A stretch of 64,000 nt of DNA from an uncultured Thermoprotei archaeon (lineage in GTDB: Archaea; Thermoproteota; Thermoprotei; Thermofilales; B15-G2), in assembly GCA_965367815.1 (NCBI GenBank), contig CBDUKN010000003.1, positions 448 to 64,447 of the forward strand. Direction: 5' to 3'. Made by a program: the position numbers and the translations under genes. Below are positions 19,600 to 28,194 of the stretch, piece by piece. The notes below the pieces were generated by a model, which saw nothing but the letters and a program-made list of their open reading frames with translations, did not search any database and had not been told where the DNA came from. The stretch's first letter is position 1; every line of letters begins with the position of its first letter.

Positions 19600-19740
19600 G
19601 TAATATTATAACAATGTAACAATATATTAGTGTTGCTCATACATACATAATTATGAATGTACTTAGCTTTTCATGAGATATTTTCAGCATTATCAGCAAT
19701 TTTTTCTAAAACAGAAAAATAGGTTTAGCTTTAATATAAA

Positions 19741-20742
19741 TTGTCTAATAGCTTCTATTTTCGGCGTCGAGTAAACGTATTTAATACTTTATTCAGGTTA
19801 ACTAGAACTGTGAAGATATATAGTTTAAGTGAAAAAGAGCTTGAGTACGAGGAGCTCCGCCTTTTCCTTAACGGAGCTCTTGAAAGAGATTTCATTACGC
19901 GACACATGTTTGAAAGAGTAATTTCAAGAGATCCTAATTTCAGTAAAGACTTAGTCTACCTGGCTTATGAAGGCGAAGAGCTCGTAGGAGTACTCATTGG
20001 AGTCTATAGAGTAAAATCTCCTCCACAGTATGTTGAAAGACAGAAGCACGTAGCATGGATCAAGGCACTAGCAGTCCCTCAGGAATACAGAGGCAAGAAA
20101 ATATTCGACGAGCTCCTTGAAGTCTACTTAAATAGAGTAGCTGAAGACGGGAAGACTGAAGTAAGGTTCTCTGATTTCGCTAGCTGGTACTTTTACCCCG
20201 GCCTAGATATTCACTATGAGTACTACTTATCAAAGTTCCTTGAAAAAGGCTTCACTAAAGCAGCTGAAGTAGTAGACTATGAAGTAGACTTAATGTATCT
20301 CCGTTATCCCGAGAGAGTTCATAGAAGAGAGGAGAAAGCGGTCAAAGAAGGAATAGTTTTCCATGAAGTAGAGGCAAGTGAAGAGAATAAAGTAGTGTCA
20401 TGGGTTACTGAAAAGTTCTCGGCCTGCTGGGGTATTGAAGCATCAATGGCTATACATGAACCAGAAGGAGGCGTCTGGATAGCCGAAAAAGACGGCGAAA
20501 TACTAGGCTTCTCTGTTTACGGTGGACTAGAGCCCAACTGGTTTGGACCAATCGGCGTAGACCCTAAAGCTAGAGGAAAGGGCTTAGGCACTATACTTCT
20601 CTACAAGTGCCTTGAGTCGCTGAGACTAAGAGGCTACAGGTACATTATTATCCCTTGGACAACCCACCTCTTTTTCTACACTCAGCTAGAAGGAGTCAAA
20701 GGCGTTAGACACTACTGGATACTGAAGAAAGAGCTCAAATAG
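19741..20742 (+). CDS. GNAT-family N-acetyltransferase (apparently two GNAT-like halves)
   Basis: ALAVPQEYRGKKIFDELL and IGVDPKARGKGLGTILLYKCLESL are Q/RxxGxG/A acetyl-CoA motifs. The start is uncertain: TTG at 19741 in the track, in-frame GTG at 19810. Confidence 0.75.
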   Translation: MSNSFYFRRRVNVFNTLFRLTRTVKIYSLSEKELEYEELRLFLNGALERDFITRHMFERVISRDPNFSKDLVYLAYEGEELVGVLIGVYRVKSPPQYVERQKHVAWIKALAVPQEYRGKKIFDELLEVYLNRVAEDGKTEVRFSDFASWYFYPGLDIHYEYYLSKFLEKGFTKAAEVVDYEVDLMYLRYPERVHRREEKAVKEGIVFHEVEASEENKVVSWVTEKFSACWGIEASMAIHEPEGGVWIAEKDGEILGFSVYGGLEPNWFGPIGVDPKARGKGLGTILLYKCLESLRLRGYRYIIIPWTTHLFFYTQLEGVKGVRHYWILKKELK

Positions 20743-21628
20743 CGTAGTCTATGAAACTATAGTCACTTAAAGACTTCAGTACGTCTATCGGATAGTACTT
20801 AAGCTCGAAAACCTTTTTCAACTTATTTAAATTCTCTACAACATATAGTGGCTTAGCATCTTCTATAGAAAACTCCATTATTTTATCAGGCTCTACGGGT
20901 ACAGATACTAAAGCAGTCTTATAGTGGAGCGAAAACGGCGCTCTAGCAACACCATTTCTCTTCATAGAAGACCAGTCGAGCAACACTTGGTCTTTCCTCA
21001 AGTCCTTGTGAGCCACCTGACTAGTCACAATAGGCTTCCACTCAGGCACAATTTTCCTAGCGACTCTAACTGCTTCAGGAGTATTCTCAAGTTCTTCTTC
21101 AATAAGCTGAGCAAGCCTAACAATAAACTTCCTAGCTTCAGCAAAATAGTCCCTGCTAATAAGAGGTATTTCCTCTACTTCAGGGTTCTTTCTTAAGCCG
21201 AACCATATATGAAAACCTCTCGACCCACTAAACTTAACGCAGGGCTCAATCTTAAGTTTCCTCAAAACTTTCACAGTAGCATAGGCAACATACTTCACTA
21301 AGTCGAGCCAGTACTCACTAGCCTTAATTTTATCACCTACATCCATGTCAATAACAAGCCTATCCGGTGTATTTTCGTCTAACGGGTGAACACAAGGAAT
21401 AAAGTCAACGAAACCTCGGTCAACTAAGCTCAGAAGTTTGCTCAAACTATCGACTGTAACTGGTATTCTCTTAGCTCTATTTTCCCACCTAACAAAAAAC
21501 ACTTTATCGCTCCTAACAACATATGCTGCGACAGCTCTATTCTTAAGAAACTCTAACATGACTTCGCCTACACTACTATAGTAAGCCTTAATAGCCTTCA
21601 GTACATTACTAGCGCTACTAGAAGACAT
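20735..21628 (-). CDS. Archaeo-eukaryotic primase (AEP) superfamily primase-polymerase, LigD-Pol-domain-like
   Basis: DRLVIDMDVG (DxD), FSGSRGFHIWFGL (SxH motif) and LLDWSSMKRNGVARAPFSLHYKTALVSVPV, which fits the LigD-Pol pattern D...N..g.t..aPYS.r......VS.P. Confidence 0.75.
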   Translation of the reverse strand: MSSSSASNVLKAIKAYYSSVGEVMLEFLKNRAVAAYVVRSDKVFFVRWENRAKRIPVTVDSLSKLLSLVDRGFVDFIPCVHPLDENTPDRLVIDMDVGDKIKASEYWLDLVKYVAYATVKVLRKLKIEPCVKFSGSRGFHIWFGLRKNPEVEEIPLISRDYFAEARKFIVRLAQLIEEELENTPEAVRVARKIVPEWKPIVTSQVAHKDLRKDQVLLDWSSMKRNGVARAPFSLHYKTALVSVPVEPDKIMEFSIEDAKPLYVVENLNKLKKVFELKYYPIDVLKSLSDYSFIDYAI

Positions 21629-21704
21629 AAAGCCACCAAGAAATATTCTCAGTCAAAAATAAATCCTAGATTCATCGAAGAGAAAAATATTACCGGAAAA
21701 TAGT

Positions 21705-22799
21705 TCACTTACACGATAGCTGCTTCAGCCCCCACTCCATTAAATTCATGCTCTCGACTTCAATACCCCTATACTTTTTCTCGAGAGCTATATCGAGTAT
21801 ATCTGCTAGCATTTTAGCTTCTTTAATTAAACTAGAATCAACTCCGAGTTTCTCAGCAATCTTACAGCCTTCTCGAAGAGCAAGTGTTGCAGCCCACAAG
21901 TATTCGTCACGGAAACCATATTTCGGCTGTTCTCCGGGAACATCTATTCGATAATAGATAGGCACTTTATTCTTAAAGTACTCATGAAGTCCCTCATATC
22001 CCAGCTTTTCAAGTATAAATGCAAACTTCTTAAACTTACCTAAAGCCTCTTTAAGCATTTCTTCATACCTTTTTATAACAACTTTTTTCACTTCCTCTGG
22101 CGTCAAATTATCTATTTCCTTTAAAGAATTTTTCATTTCTGGAAAAATTCCGAAAATGGATGGAAGACCAGGAGTCCAAGAAGCTTGCATCAATTTTTCA
22201 AATGCTTTAAGTTCAGGTAACATTAAATTCAGTTCTCTTAAAGTCTTCTCTCCAAATGCTTTCACTATTTTCTCTTTTCTTTTATCTAAATCTACTTCAT
22301 AGGCTTCTAAAAATTCTAAAAACCTTTTAACTAAAGTATCTAAACATAAGTCTGCTGCGTATCCACGATATCTAGCTACTGGTCTCCCATTGATTTTATC
22401 ACATATCAGTGGAACACCATATATAGCACCCTTAACTTTCTCGGATTCTTTAGTTTCTAAAAGATCATGTAATTCTTTTCTAGTGAAACTTATATGTAAT
22501 AGGTCGAGAGCCCCGCCAATTCCACAGTCGGTGAAAACGTATGGCTTAATATTTCCTATGCCCTCTACCCGAAGAATATGTTTCTCTACTAGCTCTGAGA
22601 GAATGCTTCTTACAATACTTCTAGGCAATCCGAGGTTTTTAGAAATAGCTAGTTCTGTACAGTTACTTAAATCAATACTATTGGCTATTAGGTACTTAAT
22701 TATTACTTCGGTTAATTTTCTTTTAGCTTCTTTAACAGATTCTAGTGCTTTGATATATTCTTGAGCTATTTGCCTATATTCTTTAAGTTTATTGTTCAT
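21705..22799 (-). CDS. Hypothetical protein with N-terminal winged-helix DNA-binding domain
   Basis: CTELAISKNLGLPRSIVRSILSELVEKHILRV is a wHTH-like segment. The remaining ~270 aa are unassigned. The likely start is MNNKLKEY at 22799. The track ORF extends to 22841. Confidence 0.5.
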   Translation of the reverse strand: MNNKLKEYRQIAQEYIKALESVKEAKRKLTEVIIKYLIANSIDLSNCTELAISKNLGLPRSIVRSILSELVEKHILRVEGIGNIKPYVFTDCGIGGALDLLHISFTRKELHDLLETKESEKVKGAIYGVPLICDKINGRPVARYRGYAADLCLDTLVKRFLEFLEAYEVDLDKRKEKIVKAFGEKTLRELNLMLPELKAFEKLMQASWTPGLPSIFGIFPEMKNSLKEIDNLTPEEVKKVVIKRYEEMLKEALGKFKKFAFILEKLGYEGLHEYFKNKVPIYYRIDVPGEQPKYGFRDEYLWAATLALREGCKIAEKLGVDSSLIKEAKMLADILDIALEKKYRGIEVESMNLMEWGLKQLSCK

Positions 22800-22845
22800 G
22801 GAGACACCGATATATATTGTACAGAGCTGATTTTTATACATTTTG

Positions 22846-22877
22846 GTATATAATACACTATTGTATAATATACACTA
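22846..22877. promoter_or_regulatory. Two 15-nt direct repeats in a divergent promoter region
   Basis: gtatataatacacta (22846-22860) and gtataatatacacta (22863-22877), between the wHTH gene and the ferredoxin gene. Confidence 0.25.
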
Positions 22878-22943
22878 GTGTAGAATATGAAAAGTTGTAT
22901 GATTTCAAATAAATTTAACAGCATGTCGTGCTAGTAAGTAAAC

Positions 22944-23180
22944 GTGAGTTTGAAAGTCAAGGTAGATAAAACGCTGTGCTTGGGCTGTGGTGCCTGCTGG
23001 ATCGATTGTCCTTTTGTCTTTGAATTAGATAAGAAAACTGCTAAAGCAAAAATAGTTAAAGAATACTGTATTAAAGATACCGATAAAGTTTCTATAGGCC
23101 AAATACCTATAGAAAAAGAAGAGCATTTAAAGAAAGTGCTAGAGCTTTGTCCTTCAAGTGCAATAATTTTAGAACAATAA
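22944..23180 (+). CDS. Small single-cluster [4Fe-4S]/[3Fe-4S] ferredoxin
   Basis: 78 aa, GTG start. CLGCGACWIDCP plus a distal CPSSAI. Confidence 0.75.
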   Translation: MSLKVKVDKTLCLGCGACWIDCPFVFELDKKTAKAKIVKEYCIKDTDKVSIGQIPIEKEEHLKKVLELCPSSAIILEQ

Positions 23181-23359
23181 GCTACGGCACTTATCGCAGT
23201 AATTTCAGCGCAAAGGCTCTAAGAGAATAGCTACTGCTTTATTTTTGATAACTCCTTTAATGTTATACTATATGACTTTATACTAACTTGACGGCATTTA
23301 TTTCTATACAGAAAAGTATAATTTATATTTTATTAAAAATAAAGAATCGGGGGATATTC

Positions 23360-26300
23360 TTGAGAAAGGATAGAATTGTTAAATTCATCGCGCTTATCCT
23401 ACTTTTGCAGCTGAGTCTATTAGCAAGTGTCATAAAAACTGTAGACATACCTAATACGCTTCCCCAAACGGCTATAGTTAGCTTCGAATTCCTGCAAATG
23501 AAAAAAGTAAATAGCAAATATTATGTTCCCAAAGTTCCTGGAACCAAATATTTTCTCAAGCCAGGTGCGCCGCTAATACCCTACAAGTACCTCGTATATA
23601 AGGTACCCGTCTACTATAAGCTAGTTGATTATAAAGTAACAGTTACTAAAGTAGCTCTTAAAGGATACTATAGAATACTTCCTACACCTCAGCCCCAGAA
23701 ACTCGGCCCAAATGATAGAAAACAACTCTATAAAGAAGACCCGTCGATATACGAAAGCGATAAGCCTTATCCACGTCAAGTAGTTGAACTAGAAGTTAAG
23801 CGAGGAATAGACCCCATTTCACTTGAAGACGTGAACTACATATTCATTAGAGTTTTCGCAGCAGAATATTATCCCGTAAAAGGCTTAGTCTACTTCGTAA
23901 AACAGGTTAAAATAGAGTTTTCTTGGACTTATGCTCCACAAACCCAAGTAGCTACATCGGCTTTAAGTACGCTTGACGCGATTATAATAACTTCAAGTGA
24001 CCTTGAGCCAGCTGCTGTTACTTTAGCTCAGTGGAAAAACTCTACCGGTATACTCACTAGAGTCTATACAGTTGAGTGGATAAGTACAGCTTTTACAGGC
24101 AAAGACTTACCAGAAAAAATAAGAAACTTTATTAACTACACTAAAAACACTTACGGCATAACATACGTAATTATTCTCGGAGACGATCAAATAGTCCCTG
24201 CGAGACGCGCATATATTCCTGAAGGAGACCCAGATAACCCTAATGATTTAATCGAAACAGATCTCTATTACGCAGATCTACAGGGCACATGGGATACTAA
24301 CAATAACGGCTATTATGGTGAAGTATCAGACAATATTGATGGAGTACCAGACGTTATCGTAGGAAGACTGCCTGCTAAAACCCTAGATGAAGCATATACG
24401 CTTGTATACAAGATAATGAACTACACTATAAACTACTCTTGGTTCCGAAGAGTGCTTTTCTTAGGTACAATTACCTTTGAAGATAAGTTGCATCCTGAGG
24501 GAGAAATTCTAAACGATTATATTGAATATAATAATTTACTTGATTTTGCTTGGACTAAGCTATATGAAGGTTTAGGCAACTTGACACGCAATAACGTTAT
24601 CAATGAAATAAATAAAGGCTATGGTATAATTAATTTCGCTGGACATGGAAACGTAAACTTATGGTACTTTGGCTCAGGAGGAGTCTTCTGGGATACAGAC
24701 GTAGATCTTCTCTCAAATGACAATAAGCTTCCTATAGTAGCGACTATGGCCTGCTTGACAGGAGACTTCGCTGATACCGATGTATGTATAGGAGAGAAGT
24801 TCTTGCTTAAGTCGGATGGAGGAGCAATAGCCTACTTGGGCGCAGCCGATATCGCTTGGGGGTACGTGGGAGACTATATTACATGGGGTCTAGCAGGCGA
24901 AATAGACTGGAGATTTGTAGCAGCATTCAAAGAACTCGAAGACGCTGGCACTACACCTACTCCAGGACTAATGCATGTTAAAGCGATTACAGACTACTTA
25001 GCTGCACACGGCAGAGACTGGGGGTTAGACTGGTACACTGTAGTAGAGTATGGTACACTATTAGGCGATCCTTCTATTCAGCTTACAGGAACAGGGACTC
25101 CACCATCACCTAATGCTCCACCAAAACTCTACGGATACGTAATAAATGATAATGGAGATTTGGTAACAAACGTAACAGTGCGACTGTTTCTTGAGGACGG
25201 AACTCTTTTTGAAGAATACTTTTCAAGTGACGGATACTATGAGTTCTCAGACATTCTTCCTGATACATATGAAATCATAGTTTATAAAGATGGTGTTGAT
25301 AGAGCGTTAAGGGCACTTTATTATCCTAGAGTAAATCTTGAGATTAACCTGTCATATGTAATAGTTCCACCAAATACTATTTTGTTAGTTGTAGATGACG
25401 ATGAATATAACTACGTTAACTATGGTGTAGCTCCTGAAGAATTTATTACGGCTATACAGGACTTAGGATATAATCTCTATGAATTTAGAGAAAGTGAAAA
25501 AGGAAACCCCACTCTTAGTCTTCTTTTAAGCAATAACGTTTCACTAGTAATATGGCATGTAGGCACATACTATTCTTATGCAGTAGATGCAATTGACGCA
25601 GAAAATTTAATCGAATTTATTAAAAATGGAGGGCGTCTTTTGCTCGAAGGAGAAGACATAGCCTATGATCATATAAACGACCAATTTATGTCTGATGTAG
25701 CTCACGCAGAATACCTTATAGACTTTGTTAATTCGCAGACAATAGTTGCTCTTAAGCCTTTGCACCCTGTTTTTAATGGCACGGAAGAAATATTATTTAA
25801 TGAAACACCGCCAACTCCTGATGGTGTAAATGCGACTAGCGGAGGAGTGCTTATAGCAAAGTACGCTGGAACAGACTACGGTTGCATAGTTGTTTACGAT
25901 GGAGTAGCACTGGGAGAAAATAACGGCGCTAGAGTAGTATACTTCTCGTTCCCAGTGCATTATCTCAATGCAGGCCAGAGAACTCAGCTAATAAGAAATG
26001 CTGTCAAATGGCTTTTAACATCGTATGTGTACAGCTCGTCGACAGATGCCAATCAGTACTATCCAGGCTCCTACGTTAAAATAACCTTCACTATAAGAAA
26101 CGGCTCAGATCCTCTACTAAATATACCAGTTTACGCAAAAATCTTCTTCCCCAATGGGTCTTTAGCAGGAGAACTAAACTTAGTCGACGATGGCACTAAC
26201 GGCGACGAAGTACCCTCGGACGGAATATACACTGGTAAATTCTACGTAGAAAAAGAGTATCCTCCAGGAACGTATACAGCGTACATTGAGGCAAATATAC

Positions 26301-26893
26301 CCAACTACGGTATTGTAAAAGACCAAGTAAGCTTTAATGTAGTCGGAGAAGTGACAGTAAGCGCAACACTTATTGATGCATATGTCGAAAACGCCAAAGT
26401 TATAATCAAAGTATCTATTGCGTGTCAGGGAGGAATAGTGGAAGGAGCCGAGTACTCAATAAACTCTAGTCCGCCTACAGCAATACCCTCGCCTGAAGAC
26501 GGAGCCTATGATGAGCCAAAAGAAATAGTCGTAGTAACTATTGACGGCGCACAGCTCTCGGACGGCTACTACACAGTAAGCATTAGAGGATGGAGCGGAC
26601 AAGTATACAGCCAGTGGCTAAACATTTCACTCAGAGTAAGAACACTTGGCCCAAGATATCACATAATTGCTCTGACACTAAAACCTGTAGGAACATATAA
26701 AGCATCAGATTTAGCTAAAGCAATAGGTTCAGCACTAACAGGAGTATGGAAATGGGACGACGAAGAACAAAAATTCATCGTATATATTCCAGGCGTAAGT
26801 GGTTCAGAGAAAGACTTTGAGATAGTTATGGGAGTAGGCTATTTCATATACTTAAAGAGTGAAGCTAAATGGATCGAGGTGGGTTATCCATGA
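23360..26893 (+). CDS. Large secreted multi-domain protein with peptidase C25 (gingipain-type, clan CD) domain, CarboxypepD_reg-like domain, flavodoxin/GATase-like domain and Ig-like repeats
   Basis: GIINFAGHGN (His codon 24644-24646) and PIVATMACLTGDF (Cys codon 24752-24754) are 36 aa apart, which parallels the gingipain ..YTGHG.. / ..ACVNGDF.. dyad. VGRLPAKT and YGYVINDNGDLVTNVTVRLF also seen. Hydrophobic leader KFIALILLLQLSLLASV follows the TTG at 23360, which is preceded by GGGGGA. The track start is 23288. Confidence 0.8.
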   Translation: MRKDRIVKFIALILLLQLSLLASVIKTVDIPNTLPQTAIVSFEFLQMKKVNSKYYVPKVPGTKYFLKPGAPLIPYKYLVYKVPVYYKLVDYKVTVTKVALKGYYRILPTPQPQKLGPNDRKQLYKEDPSIYESDKPYPRQVVELEVKRGIDPISLEDVNYIFIRVFAAEYYPVKGLVYFVKQVKIEFSWTYAPQTQVATSALSTLDAIIITSSDLEPAAVTLAQWKNSTGILTRVYTVEWISTAFTGKDLPEKIRNFINYTKNTYGITYVIILGDDQIVPARRAYIPEGDPDNPNDLIETDLYYADLQGTWDTNNNGYYGEVSDNIDGVPDVIVGRLPAKTLDEAYTLVYKIMNYTINYSWFRRVLFLGTITFEDKLHPEGEILNDYIEYNNLLDFAWTKLYEGLGNLTRNNVINEINKGYGIINFAGHGNVNLWYFGSGGVFWDTDVDLLSNDNKLPIVATMACLTGDFADTDVCIGEKFLLKSDGGAIAYLGAADIAWGYVGDYITWGLAGEIDWRFVAAFKELEDAGTTPTPGLMHVKAITDYLAAHGRDWGLDWYTVVEYGTLLGDPSIQLTGTGTPPSPNAPPKLYGYVINDNGDLVTNVTVRLFLEDGTLFEEYFSSDGYYEFSDILPDTYEIIVYKDGVDRALRALYYPRVNLEINLSYVIVPPNTILLVVDDDEYNYVNYGVAPEEFITAIQDLGYNLYEFRESEKGNPTLSLLLSNNVSLVIWHVGTYYSYAVDAIDAENLIEFIKNGGRLLLEGEDIAYDHINDQFMSDVAHAEYLIDFVNSQTIVALKPLHPVFNGTEEILFNETPPTPDGVNATSGGVLIAKYAGTDYGCIVVYDGVALGENNGARVVYFSFPVHYLNAGQRTQLIRNAVKWLLTSYVYSSSTDANQYYPGSYVKITFTIRNGSDPLLNIPVYAKIFFPNGSLAGELNLVDDGTNGDEVPSDGIYTGKFYVEKEYPPGTYTAYIEANIPNYGIVKDQVSFNVVGEVTVSATLIDAYVENAKVIIKVSIACQGGIVEGAEYSINSSPPTAIPSPEDGAYDEPKEIVVVTIDGAQLSDGYYTVSIRGWSGQVYSQWLNISLRVRTLGPRYHIIALTLKPVGTYKASDLAKAIGSALTGVWKWDDEEQKFIVYIPGVSGSEKDFEIVMGVGYFIYLKSEAKWIEVGYP

Positions 26894-28194
26894 AGTCGAA
26901 AATACTCATATTAGCACTACTAATACCATTAATACTCCTTCCACTTAAGGTACTTGCTCAGATTCCTGCAACGATATATGGTTACGTCTACATGCCCGAT
27001 GGATCTCCAGCAGCCGGAGCTACTGTTACTGTGTCAGGGTCTGGAGTCTCTGCGTCTACGACTACTAATAGCCAAGGATATTATGAAATAACATTTAGTG
27101 TATCGAGTGTCCCAGTAACAGTAACAGTTAAAGCAACTAAAGACGGATATAGTGGCTCAGTTACACGGAGTGTAGAAGGTGCAGTCAGAATAGATATTAC
27201 TCTTAAGGCACCACCTCCTCCTCCGTCTACTAAGAAGGCTACTAGCCTTAAGATACAGGTAAACGGCACAGTTTTTGCTGTAAACAGTACTGTTGAAGTG
27301 AAAGGTAAGCTCTCTCCAGCAATGAGTGTTGATGTAGAAATAACCATTAGGAATCCTCTTGGAGAAACTAGCAGAGTGACTGTTAAAACTGCTTCAGATG
27401 GCTCATTTACATACACATTTAAAGTAGATATTGCTGGCAAGTGGAGTGTCTACGCCTACTTCAAGGGTACTGGAGACTATGCTTCAAGTAAAAGTAACAC
27501 TATAACATTTTACGTAAAGTACAGTGTATCTATCACTGCTTGGGCTAAAGCGGGTGAAAAAGCAGTTACAGTCTACGGTAAAATAAATCCGCCTTCAGCT
27601 GACGTAACAGTGCTAGTCTACATGAGTATTGACGGAGGAAAAACATGGTTCTATGTAGCCAACACGACTACTAGTGAAGACGGTTCATTTGAAGTAGAAG
27701 TAAAGATCAGAGTTTACGGCAATATATTATTCAAAGTAGTGGTTCCAGAAACAGAGACAACAATTAAAGCTGAAGTAACTTCACCTTTAGCCGCGCAACT
27801 AAAGTCTCCTCGCGAAAAAGAACTAGAGCAGCAGGTAACACAGTTGCAGGAAGAGAAGAAAGCTCTTGAAGAAAAGTTGTCTAATGCCACTACTAGAATA
27901 GAGGCTCTTGAAAACGAACTTGAGTCAGTTAAAACACAGCTTTCTCAAGCATTGTCTGAAAACGAGAAACTCAAAGCAGAGCTAAATGAAACGACAACGC
28001 AGCTTGAAAAACTTTCAGTTAAATTCAGTAAACTTAAAGAGGAGTCAGAAAAACTAAAACTACTGCTATATACTGCTGTACCACTTTCACTGGCAGCCGG
28101 TCTAACTATAGGGTATTTCATTGGAAGAAGAAAAGCTAAAGGAAAAGAAACTAAAAAAGAGGAAAAGCAAGTTAGTAGTACCAAGTCAGAGTAA
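26890..28194 (+). CDS. Type-I membrane stalk protein: signal peptide, CarboxypepD_reg-like + Ig-like beta domains, ~85-aa coiled coil, C-terminal TM anchor (SlaB/tetrabrachion-like architecture)
   Basis: MKSKILILALLIPLILLPLKVLAQ leader. Pro5 linker at 27211-27225. Heptad-rich LEQQVTQLQEEKKALEEKLSNATTRIEALENELESVKTQLSQALSENEKLKAELNETTTQLEKL at ~27811-28060. TM segment LLLYTAVPLSLAAGLTIGYFIG followed by RRKAKGK. The ATG at 26890 overlaps the upstream TGA (ATGA). Confidence 0.7.
   Translation: MKSKILILALLIPLILLPLKVLAQIPATIYGYVYMPDGSPAAGATVTVSGSGVSASTTTNSQGYYEITFSVSSVPVTVTVKATKDGYSGSVTRSVEGAVRIDITLKAPPPPPSTKKATSLKIQVNGTVFAVNSTVEVKGKLSPAMSVDVEITIRNPLGETSRVTVKTASDGSFTYTFKVDIAGKWSVYAYFKGTGDYASSKSNTITFYVKYSVSITAWAKAGEKAVTVYGKINPPSADVTVLVYMSIDGGKTWFYVANTTTSEDGSFEVEVKIRVYGNILFKVVVPETETTIKAEVTSPLAAQLKSPREKELEQQVTQLQEEKKALEEKLSNATTRIEALENELESVKTQLSQALSENEKLKAELNETTTQLEKLSVKFSKLKEESEKLKLLLYTAVPLSLAAGLTIGYFIGRRKAKGKETKKEEKQVSSTKSE

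Noticed and set aside
27081-28184. Minus-strand ORFs 27081-27440 and 27945-28184
   Set aside because: Antisense to the stalk-protein gene, which has a coherent signal / beta-domain / coiled-coil / TM architecture.
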